From contig CBFFRQ010000057.1 in assembly GCA_965644315.1 (NCBI GenBank), positions 124,001-188,000 of the forward strand: a DNA stretch of 64,000 nucleotides. Reading direction: 5' to 3'. Position 1 is the first letter of the stretch. Each line of letters opens with the position of its first letter. A model generated the notes under the pieces. The model had not been told where the DNA came from and did not search any database. It saw only the letters and a program-made list of their open reading frames with translations. This DNA is from Caecitellus pseudoparvulus (lineage: Eukaryota; Protista; Bigyra: Bicosoecida). The translations under genes and the position numbers were made by a program. This document shows positions 11,001 through 20,917 of this stretch, piece by piece.

Positions 11001-13729
11001 CCGTGCGGCACCCTGGGACGCCCCCCCTCCGCCGCCCTCCACGGCGAACTCCTTCAAGCAGGCGGCGGCGTCGGCCCACAGGCCTGCCAGAGCATCCCAC
11101 AGCGCGGGCGTGTAGCGCAGACCTGGGTTGCTCCGCTCAAAGGCGCCGTGCTGCTCCGCTCGCACGTCCCAGGCTGTGGGCGGCGGCGGCGGCGTGCGCA
11201 CTCGCCCGATGACCTCCTCCAGGATCTCAGCCACGGCGTGGCGCGCAGCGCCCTCCTCCACGCGCTGCGCCACCGCCTCCCGCCCCGGCCCATCCTCGTC
11301 TGGCGCCGTGGCCACTCCCCGCAGGGCGATGCGCAGGGTGGCGCCGGCGTTGGCTGCAGGGACTGTGGTCAGCTCCCAGGTCTCCCGGAACACGCCTGGA
11401 GTTCTGCTTGCGAAGGCGAACGTCGCCAGGCCCTGTGCGCCCGGCGCCAGGGACCCCCGCAGCTGGGCACAGGCGAAGACGGATTCGGGTGTGCTGCCGG
11501 GGACATCAGGCTCTTCTGCGTCTGGCGCCGCATCCCCCGGCAGGGCCAGGGCGGCGTCCAGGCCACGCGTCGTGCCCCGGTCCACCCGGCGCCAGGTGAA
11601 GTACAGGGCCGTCGTGCCGACATTCGTGAGGGTGAGTGCCGCCAGCGCCTGTGTGGCAGCGCCGCCCATGCCCGCGAAGGTGCCGGGTGCATGGGACGAC
11701 GGCAGGGCGCCCGTGGCCTGCAGCGTCTCTGCGCCGAGGCCTGCCCGTCCAGGGGCGACGGAGGCCCAGGCGGCGCCCACGGCGCCCACGCCTGGCGTGA
11801 AGGTGGCGGAGAGTGGCGCCACTGTGCCGCCCAGCACGCCCACGCCGCCAGCGGGCAGCTGCAGGGCAGCCGGCGTCGCTGCCGTCACGTCTGCACCCGC
11901 CTCACACTCCAGGACCACCCGTGGCCAGCCCCTGGCCGCCGCCAGGGCGCCGCCACCCAACGCGCCGCTTGCAGCAAGGTCCGTGGAGGTGCCCAGCGGA
12001 ACATGGGCCAACGCACCGCCCGCTTCCGGACCCCATGGGCCCATGGCCGCGCCCGGCTCACCTGGCAGGGTGGCGGCGTCCGCTGCCACCGCGATGTGCA
12101 AGAAGGGTCCCAAGAGGGGGGCGGCATCCCCCCCCTCCTCCTCCTCCTTCTCCTCCTCCGCAACACCCTCGCCGCCGCGCTCAGACCCATCCGCCCTCAG
12201 ACCCCCCCCACCCTGGGCAGACTGCGCCCGGGGCGGCGGACTGGGGCTCGCACTGCGACTTGCGCTGTGCGACCGGGGCGCCGTCGCCGCCAGGCCCTGC
12301 CCTCGCCCCCGCGCAGCCCACTCAAACAGCGGCACCCCCACTGCCGTCAGGGCATCCCCCGCCTCAGCTGCCAGCTCATGCGGCTTCACCTTGGCGATGT
12401 TGCGGGCCAGGGTGGCACGCTTCGTGGCCAGGGCGTCGGGGCGCCGCCGCCCGCCCCCCGCGTCCGGCGCCACGGACAGGGAGGAGGAGGAGGGCGGTGC
12501 CCTGGCCGGCATCGTCCCCGTGTGGGCCAGGGTGAGGGCGGCCCCCGCCAGGGCCGCATCCGCTGCCGTGGCGGCGCGCTCAGCCGCCAAGGCCTCGTCA
12601 GGCTCCACCAGCGCTGCAGCCATGGCTGCGCGCGCAGCGGAGTGGGCAGCGGCGGCGGCACCTGGTCGGCGCACACTCTCTGCGATGGGGCGGGCGTCCT
12701 CTTTGATCGGCACGTACAGCCCAGAGAAGACGGAGCCCACCTGGATGTACCGCGTGCCGCCGCCCCGCAGGTTCATCTGCCAGCCCTCAGCACCGTGCCG
12801 CTCGTCCTTGGGCGTCGCCTTCTCCAGCAGGTCCACCTCCTCCACCCGGCCCCGGAACTGCTCCGCGTGGGCGACGACGGAGGCAGTCGGGTCCCGCCGC
12901 GTGACAGCCGCCACCCGTGCCTGCTGCTTGGCCCAGGCGGCCTGCTGCGCCTCCCATCGCGCCCTCACCCGCGCCTCCCGTGTGGAGGCCAGGGCCTCGT
13001 GCAGCTGGGCGGTGGGCACGCGGGCGGCGCTGGCGGCAGAGGTGGCCCGGGCGGCGGCGCGTGACTGGCGCAGGGCGGAGTGGGCGGCACGCTCCCGGTC
13101 GCTGCCGTGGCCAGAAGAGGAGGGCGCCGTCGCGCCCCGCACCACGCCTCCTGCTGAGCTGAGGGGCGGCAGAGACGTGCCAGCCGCCTTGCCCTCGCTG
13201 GCGCCACGGTAGGTTGGCGTCTCTGCGCCAGCTCGCTGGAAGCCAGCCACGGCAGTGTGGCGCACTGCAGAACCCTCTGGCACATCTTCAGGGTACGCAT
13301 CGTCCAACAGTAGCTCTCGTGTGTTTGCAGTGCTCGTCGGCCTGCTGCCGTCGCGCTGTGCAGGAGCAGGGGAGGGCAGCGGTGTGCACGAGCTGCGATG
13401 TGTCATCGCTCATCGAGGCGGCCATGGAGGTGCAGGCGGCGCCAGCGACAGAGCCCCTCGTGCGCGGAGGCTGGAACCTTGGCACACTGACCGTGGCATC
13501 TACACGTGCCACTCACAGATGCCCCCCGCACTCGGTGCTCTGCCGTCATGCGAGACCCCGGACGCACGACATCCCCCTCGGCCAGCGGCCGTGCCAGCAA
13601 CACCGTCCTGCGGCTTCCCTCGGCACTTGACAGTGCTCCACTCCGCACAGCCGGCACGCCCCTTCCTACGTCTGCCCCAGTTTCAACTTTTCTGGGCGCG
13701 TGGCGCGCTCGTTGACTGGCTTGGCTCAT
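5037..13729 (-). CDS. MYCBPAP: MYCBP-associated protein (MYCBPAP/FAP147-like) fused to an inactive phosphoglycerate-kinase-like domain with an inserted SAM-like domain
   Basis: ORF 5037-13406 has MYCBPAP-type motifs (EQFRGRVEEVDLLEKA...GWQMNLR; LTNVGTTALYFTWRR...GSLAPG...FAFASRTPGVFRETWELTTVP). PGK segments occur in collinear order (LRGKVVVLRADLDV, SLRPVARALGDLLGREVVF, VFLLEN, FRSALSALGDVVVLD, RPIVAVLGGG, LELGPRS, GRLPPGVAAL). Putative exon 1 13517-13729 (ATG in accATGa) joins in phase 0 via intron 13356-13516; the 5' model is less certain. Confidence 0.8.
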
Positions 13730-14032
13730 GGTGCAGCGGCTGCGGAAATTGCACCACCCACACGCAGCAACAGCTCTGCTATAACGGCCACAGAGCGACG
13801 TCTGCGTGACACCTGGGATGCCAGATGTCTGAATGTTGGTGGAGTTGTTTTGCCAGCTACATTGCGTTGCGCCAGGAGCGGTGCGCCCAGGCCACGCGCT
13901 GGCTCCGCTGGCTCGACCCTCGTCGACGCTGGTCTGCCCACCGCGGCGCGCTCGCTTCATACACACCCCTGCCTTGCCCGTGCACAGCACGTGTACCTCA
14001 TTCTGGCATCTGCATACCCTCTCCTCGCCTGC

Positions 14033-14543
14033 TCACCGAGCAGACTTGGCGCCGCCCGTTCGCAGGCTTCCCGACCGCTCCTTGTGCAATGCCGTGTGCT
14101 TCAGCCGAAAGTACTCCCCCGCAAAGCGCGTCTCGGCGCAGCTTTTCTTCGGCTTCACAGCCTCGGCGTACTCCCCTGCCTCCTTGTACCACCAGCCGTA
14201 CTCTTGCGTGGCGGTGCGGGGGAGGCCAGATACGGCGTTCTCCTTCTTGTCCTGGGGCAGCTTCGAGTGCTCAGCCATGGCATCCTCCATCTCCCGAAAA
14301 TTCGCGATGTCAGCATCTGTCACTTCTGGCTCGTGTCCAATCTTCCGTGTGACCAGTTGCACTGTGGAAGGCACAAAGACCAGGGGCGCATGTGCTCGCG
14401 TGCAGGCTCGCTCGCACACCCAGTCGCGCCCACTCACGCCGGTACGGGTTCAGCTGAAATCGGTTCTGGGCCTGGGGGATGCGGAGCTCTCGTTTAACTG
14501 ACTCTTGCAAAATGCGCTGCTTGGCAACTGCGCAAGCGATCAT
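14033..14543 (-). CDS. CFAP144: CFAP144/FAM183-family ciliary microtubule inner protein
   Basis: The spliced product (intron 14362-14437) reads ILQESVKRELR...FQLNPYRLQLVTRK...LPRTATQEYGWW...ETRFAGEY, matching the FAM183 pattern (ILxExxxKELR, xNP, VTRKP, PxTxxQExGW). Confidence 0.8.
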
Positions 14544-15172
14544 GCGAACGAGTGCTGAGTGTGGCGTTTTCGCGTCGCGGCGACGCGCCACAGCTATGCA
14601 TACCTTCATCGAAAGCAGAAGACTGGAAGGCTCCTGCCATAGTTCAAGATGATTCTACGTGCGAGGAATGCGAAACAACTTCTTCTGCCCCACTATAGCT
14701 TGATTTCTCGCCTCCAAGCTCAAGGCCAAGGCCTACAGGCTTGTGTCAGGCGCGCAGCGACTTGGTTGCGCAAGTCCGAGGGTGCAGGCCTCCGCAAACG
14801 AAAGCGAAGCAGCGTGTGGAGTTTCTGGACCAGTGGGGGGCGTCGAGCTGCTCTTTGTCGTGTTGATGGGTAAAAGTGTTGTGTAGAAAGGTCGAAAACT
14901 TCGATGCTAAACTGAAAGGCTTTTCTCGAGGACGCTTTCTCATCCCATGGCCAGGAGTTTGGTACACATGTACGACTTGCTTAGAATTCAAAGTGAGTCG
15001 CGTACCTTCACATCTCTCACCAAACGCGTAGAAATCATCCTGCCCTTCAGCCAATCTTCGTCTTCAGGAGTCCCTTTGTGGCGCTGTTGACGGTTGGCGC
15101 GCCACGTGAAACGCCACTCCTCACTGCAGCTTTTGAAGAGTCGGCGCTTGGGACACAGCAGCCGATACCAAG

Positions 15173-16681
15173 ATGGCAGAAGCAAGCTCTGAAGTTAAGG
15201 AGGCCCAGCGTCTCCCTGAAGGTGAGTGGGTAGGGCAGTGCCGCTCTGCAGGTCTGATCGTTGCAGCGTGACGTGGGAGTCATTGCGCGAAACTCCGTCC
15301 TGCAGGCACCTCCGAGGGGGACTCCCAGCAAAGCCCAGCCCAAGGCCCAAGTGCCGATGATACTGCGTCATCCAAGACGGCGCCTCCCGAGCCGGTGCCC
15401 GCTCCCGATTCTCAAGCAGACAGCGGAGGCGCGAATGTTTCGGAGCCGCAAGGGGATCAACCAGCAGACGACAAGCCCGCCAAGACTGCAGAGGACAAGC
15501 CCACCGAGGCTGCAGAGGGCAAGCCCGCCGAGACTGCAGATGACAAGCCCGCCGAGGCTGCAGAGGGCAAGCCCGCCGAGGCTGCAGATGACAAGCCCGC
15601 CGAGGCTGCAGAGGGCAAGCCCGCCGAGGCTGCAGAGGGCAAGCCCGCCGAGACTGCAGATTGCAAGCCCGCCGAGACTGCAGAGGGCAAGCCCGCCGAG
15701 GCTGCAGAGGGCAAGCCCGCCGAGGCTGCAGATGGCAAGCCCGCCGAGACTGCAGATTGCAAGCCCGCCGAGGCTGCAGAGGGCAAGCCCGCCGAGGCTG
15801 CAGAGGGCAAGCCCGCCGAGGCTGCAGAGGACAAGCCCGCCGAGGCTGCAGAGGACAAGCCCGCCGAGGCTGCAGAGGACAAGCCCGCCGAGGCTGCAGA
15901 TGACAAGCCCGCCGAGGCTGCAGAGGACAAGCCCGCCGAGGCTGCAGAGGGCAAGCCCGCCGAGGCTGCAGAGGGCAAGCCCGCCGAGGCTGCAGAGGAC
16001 AAGCCCGCCGAGGCTGCAGAGGGCAAGCCCGCCGAGGCTGCAGAGGGCAAGCCCGCCGAGGCTGCAGAGGGCAAGCCCGCCGAGGCTGCAGAGGGCAAGC
16101 CCGCCGAGGCTGCAGAGGGCAAGCCCGCCGAGGCTGCAGAGGGCAAGCCCGCCGAGGCTGCAGAGGGCAAGCCCGCCGAGGCTGCAGAGGGCAAGCCCGC
16201 CGAGGCTGCAGAGGGCAAGGAGGAGTCCAAAGAACGGGACGATGGCGAAAAAGTCGCGACGCAGCCTGAGGAGGCCAGTGCTGACGTTGCGTCTGTTGAC
16301 GCTGTTGGGGGGGATGATGCCCGCGGCATGCAGGCCATGGAGGGCAAGGCGTCAGAGGAGAGCAAAGCAAGCGACGAGCGCGAGGAAGCTGGGGGCAAGG
16401 CTGTCGCTCTCGGGGGATCTTCGGAGGGGAAGCAGAGCGAGGTGGAGGGCGAAGGGAAGGAGCAAGGCGTGGTGGAAGTGCCATCCACATCAGCCCAGAC
16501 TGGAGGCGCCCCAGAGGCAGAGCCGTTTGCGACCCCAGACGAAGTGCAGGCGTACCTGAACACGACAGTCGTGCCTGCCCTGCAAGACGCGCTTGTGGAG
16601 ATGGCCAAGGCGCGGCCAAAGCAGCCACTGCTTTGGCTGTCCCAGGCGTTGAAGCGGAAAGCCCTGGAGCACGCTGCATGA
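15173..16681 (+). CDS. Dpy-30-motif protein with a long acidic octapeptide repeat
   Basis: ATG at 15173; intron 15222-15305 (GTGAGT...CAG, phase 1) joins the 15395-16681 frame. The C-terminal EVQAYLNTTVVPALQDALVEMAKARPKQPLLWLSQAL is a Dpy-30 dimerisation/docking motif. Confidence 0.85.
15473..16216 (+). repeat. Coding tandem repeat, 31 x 24 bp (consensus AAGCCCGCCGAGGCTGCAGAGGGC = KPAEAAEG)
   Basis: 744 bp equals 31 head-to-tail units with no spacers. Variants (KPAETADC, KPAEAADD, KPAEAAED) lie in the 5' two-thirds and the last 9 units are identical. Confidence 0.97.
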
Positions 16682-16740
16682 GCAGGGTGCGTGCGCACGG
16701 CAGCGGTGCATTGGGGACAGGGAAACGAGGCTGGCCTGCA

Positions 16741-19700
16741 TCAGGCAGCGTGGTAGGGCGGCAAGGACAGCTCTACAACATTCTGCCCCGCGAAGGAGAC
16801 CTCCCACAGCGGCGCAACGTACAAGTGCAGCAGCAATGCAAGGCGCTCAGTGTCGTCCCTGAGGTTCAGAGCCGGGGCAGCAGTGGGACCCAGCAGGGCA
16901 CCCGAGGCCCTCGGCGCGGTCCCTTCTGCAGTAAGGCTGGTGGTGGGGATGCTGCCTGCTTGCAGGGGGATGCCCTGGGCATCCCGCTCGCCCGCCACCA
17001 CCGCCTGCGCCGCGCGGCGCGCCCGAGGGGACAGGCTGGCCATGATGCGGCGAGAGGGCGGCGACAGGTGCTGGAAGAAGTCCTCACGCTCCTGGGAGGA
17101 GGGGGTGCTGGGCCCACCCTCCTCCTCGAGAGAGGTGTCTCGGAACCGCAGGTTGCGGGACACTGGCGCAGGCTGCAAGGACGGGGCCTTCTTGGAGGGC
17201 GACAGCGGAGACGTGGCCTCCGGCTTGCCCCACGTCGCATGCACCTGCTGCAGGCCATCTGCAAACTGCGCGTCCTGCGCGTTCGCCGCGCCTGGCGCCG
17301 AGGGGGATCCCACGAGGGAGGCAGACAGCGCCGAGGCCGGCGTGTACTGGCCGTGCTGCAGAGCGTCCAACACGGCATTGCCGGGCAGCTGAGCGTCAAC
17401 GTCTGCGGAGCCATCCACCAGGTCTGCCCCAATCGCATGGGCAGCGGCCTCAGAGGGGTGTGACGGCAGCACCTGCTGCGAGCGTTGGCGCTGTGCCTCA
17501 GGCACGCCCATGGGCGTCATGGGCTCCGTCCCGTCCACTGCGCGCATGGCAGCGACGTGGTGCATGGGGACGCGGGCGGTGCGCCCGGCATCCTCGCCAA
17601 TGGTGGCCACCAAGCCGCCGCCATAGGAGCTGCGCAGGGTGGCCTGGGCAGGGGGGTCCACCACCACGTGCCCTGTCGCAGTGCGGCGCAGGCGTCCGGC
17701 AAACTGCCCCCGCGTGCGCGAGGCCTCCTGGCTGGCAGACAGGCCACTGGATGCTGTGCGGGCGCCGGGCTGTGCGCGCGCGCCTGGGGTGCCCACCAAG
17801 GACAGGGGGGTGCCTGGTGTACCCCCCACTCGTGGGGTGTACCGCTGCCCGTGCGGCAAGGTGCCTGCGTGGGTATGCAGGGGCACATTCACGGCAGCAA
17901 AGTCAGCCCCGTGCAGTCCCTCATGCACTGCGCCGGTGGAGGTCCAGCCAGCGGAGGGGGGTGCCACCCCCCCCATGGCTGTCGCTGCCTGTGCAAAGAT
18001 GGCAGCGATGCCGCCTGGCGAGGCGGGGTGTGGGCCCAGGGCAGCGTTGACCGCGGCGGGGTCGAACTTGGTCTGTGCCGCGTCAAAAAGGCAGTCGAGA
18101 AAGGCGGGGAACGTGATGTAGTACACCGTTTGCCGGGCACCCGCCTCAGAAAACAGCGTCGTCTCAGCCTGGCGCTGGGTGAAGAGCTCCACTGCCGCCG
18201 CGGCGGTGAAGGACCAGCCCAGCAACTTGGGGCAGTCGGCCACGAACAACAGCCACATGCGGCGGGAAAGGCCAAGCTCGCCCGTGGACGCGTCACGGAA
18301 CAGCCCCCGTGCATCCCTGGCGGCGTACAGCTGGTACAGCTGCAGCAGGTGCCGACGTGTGATGTGCACAGACTCGGCGGCATCGGGCAGCGCGCTGCCG
18401 TGGGCTGCTGCCACCCGCCCTGTGATGGTGGTGGCCAGCTGGCCGTCTTGCGCCACCACCTCCCGCGGCACCTGCACCTCCGCAGAGGCGAGGAGGGCCT
18501 CAGGGTGGGGGGGCGGCGGGGACAGGATGCCTTCGTCGCCCCCCGCCACGTCAGCATCAATGCCAGGCTCGGGCCGGGGCAGGTGGGCCCCGGTGGGGGG
18601 GGGTGCGCCGGACGGGGGAGGGGGGGGCGGCGCCTCCCCGCCGTCTGCCAGGGCACTGCCATCCCCTGGCCCCTGCTGCAAGGGAGGCACATCCAGAGAG
18701 GTGGGGATGTCGCCGCTGCGCATCGCTGATGCGGGGGCGAGGGGCGACAATGCCTCAGACCCACGCACCTGGCGCCAGGTGGACTTGAGGTACTCCAAGT
18801 ACTCCAACCGCCCTCGCAGGCGCGTGTCCAGGCCCGCCCGCACCACAGGCGAGGTGGCGTCGGCAATGCACTGCTGCAGGGCTCGGATGTCGTGCAGGAC
18901 GACTCGCAGCTCCCGCGCAAAACTGGCGTCGTTCATCCAGTCGTTGAAGGCATAGGGACTGCGGGGGGTGGGGGACGCCACGCCAGGGCTCTTGCCCGCG
19001 TGGAACTCAGCGTACCGTGCCCGGATGGCTTCCAGGTTGGCCAGGTGGCTGCGGTAGGCTGCGTCGTCGCCGGCGGCCCGGGCGGCGTCTGCTGCCACCA
19101 CTGCCCGTGCCAGCAGCTCAGCGAAGGCGTCTCGATCAGCAAGGACCTCGTCGGTGAGGACTGCCGCGGGGGGGCTGCGCGGAGAGGTGGGCCCATGCTC
19201 CGCCAGTGACGTCAGCGTCTCGCCGCCTGCCTGCGCCTGGTCGCTGGAGTCGTCTGCCACGCCCGTGAAGTCCATGCGCTTGGAGGTGCTGTCGGGGTGA
19301 GGGGTGGGCACGTGGCCGCCAGGCGCCCCCGCAGGCGTGAACTGGGGGGGGGTCCCCTCCTCCTGCCCCACCAGGGCGCCGCCCCGCACCGTCATGCCAG
19401 CCTTGGCGGCGCGGGACTTGGGGCTGTCTGGCGCAAAGCCAACGGAACGAGAGCCGCCCGCGCCCTCCTCCTCGTCATCGGAGGAGGGCGGGGCATCCTT
19501 GGGGAAGGGTGTCGCGACGTGCGCCGCGGCAGGCTTGCGGTGGGGGCCGCTGGCGGGCTCCCCACCCCGTTGGGACACCTCTGGACTGACGGGCACATCC
19601 AGCGCCACGGGGGGGCCTGGGCGGAAGGACACCCCCCCTGAGGAGGGGGGGGCATCGGCGCTGCCCTCCACTGCCCCAGGCATCGCTGTGTCGGCAGGCG

Positions 19701-20707
19701 CCGACACTGGCGGGGGGGAGGGCGCCGTGGGTGGCGGCAGGCCGTGGGCTGGGGACCCGGCCTCGTCATCCCCCCCCGGAGACCCCTCAGTGGGAGTGGG
19801 GGGGGTGGAGGTGGACGTCACGCTCTCTGGCTTGGGTGGCGTGATGTTGCGGCGTGCCTTGGGGGGTGCTGGGGCGGGGGGCGCCTGAGGCTGCAGTGGT
19901 GGGCTGGAGGTCGCTGCGACAGCACCCTGCCCCTCGCCCTCCTCGTCTACTGGCAAGGTGCGGGGGGCGCTCTTGCTCGGGTGGGGCGTGGCTGTGCGGT
20001 GCTTGGCAGACTTCAGCGGCCCGGACGTCGTGGGCCCCTCCAACACCTCCGCGTCTGGCTCGATGCTCAGGCGCTTCTCCTTGGCGGCAGCCTTGCGAGG
20101 CGGTGTGGGTGTGCCTTCGCCTGCCTTGGCCCCCCGCGGCGGCGGCGGTGGGGAGGCCCCTGCCTCTGCCGCCTCCCCTGCCTCTGTCGGGGGCGAGGGG
20201 GGGGACAGGGCGTCTCCCCCTGCGTCAGGGGGCGACGCCGCCTGCAGCTTGGCCTGCGCAGCTGCGGCATTTGGACCTCGCCCAGTGGGCGGTGCGCCGG
20301 CGTGCGGTGGCAAGCCCCGGGCTGCACGGGTGTTGGGCGACAGCGGCTCAGACAGCAGGGAGGGGTCTGTGAAGGGGTGTGGGTTGGTGTCCACGGGGCT
20401 GCCCTCCCGTTCGGGCTTGGAGGCGGGCGGGCTGGAGGAAGCTGCAGCCGACGCTGCTGCCGTGGCAGCAGCCACGGTCCGGGCGCTGTCCCCCGCCCGC
20501 TTCAGCTCAGGGCGTGGGCGGGGGGAAGGTGGCCCTGTGAAGCATCATGGGAGGTGCGGGGTGTGTTCGGGTGCCTCGGTGCGCGTGGGGAGGCGTCGGA
20601 GGGCGGCAGCTGCACTGCCGCCTTCAACTGCACTGCAGCTGTCGCGGTGCGTGTGTGAAACCAAACGCACCCTTGGGCGGCGAGCGCTTGGCAGGGGAAC
20701 CCGACAT
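16741..20707 (-). CDS. Pro/Ser-rich disordered protein with a p25alpha/TPPP-like helical domain
   Basis: Exon 1 20671-20707 (MSGSPAKRSPPK) and phase-1 intron 20535-20670 join the long ORF. The segment LLQLYQLYA...LSRRMWLLFVADCPKLL...TAAAAVELF...YITFPAFLDCLFDAAQTKF resembles the p25alpha core. Confidence 0.7.
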
Positions 20708-20917
20708 GTTTGCTGACGACACTGCGATCATTACCCCTCCCACGTGGGTCGTGGCGCGGCCAGTGCTGCGGGGGGTGTGTGTTTTGCGCCGCCACGGCGA
20801 CGAGCTCCACGCCTGCGCCTGGCCTGGAAGCCTCAGCCTCACGTCGACACGCCGAGGCGACTCGCAGACAATACACCGCGCCCGCCGCACCCCCTGCCGC
20901 CACCACCACCCGCCAAC
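20708..20917. promoter_or_regulatory. Putative ~210-bp bidirectional promoter
   Basis: Gap between the divergent ATGs at 20707 (-) and 20918 (+). Inferred from gene arrangement only. Confidence 0.45.

Noticed and set aside
7279-13212. Very long antisense ORFs (e.g. 7279-11115 +, 11128-13212 +, 23437-25143 -)
   Set aside because: These are Ala/Ser/Arg-rich shadow frames expected opposite GC-rich coding sequence, with no domain motifs.
14746-15185. Short minus-strand ORFs in the low-GC island as genes or transposase remnants
   Set aside because: No recognisable motifs, atypical codon usage, and no terminal repeats or target-site duplication seen.
15473-16216. 24-bp repeat array as a CRISPR array, or as an SR-like RASPPRLQ protein in another frame
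   Set aside because: The units are contiguous with no unique spacers and the context is eukaryotic. Only the KPAEAAEG frame connects a spliced ATG exon to a recognisable Dpy-30 motif.
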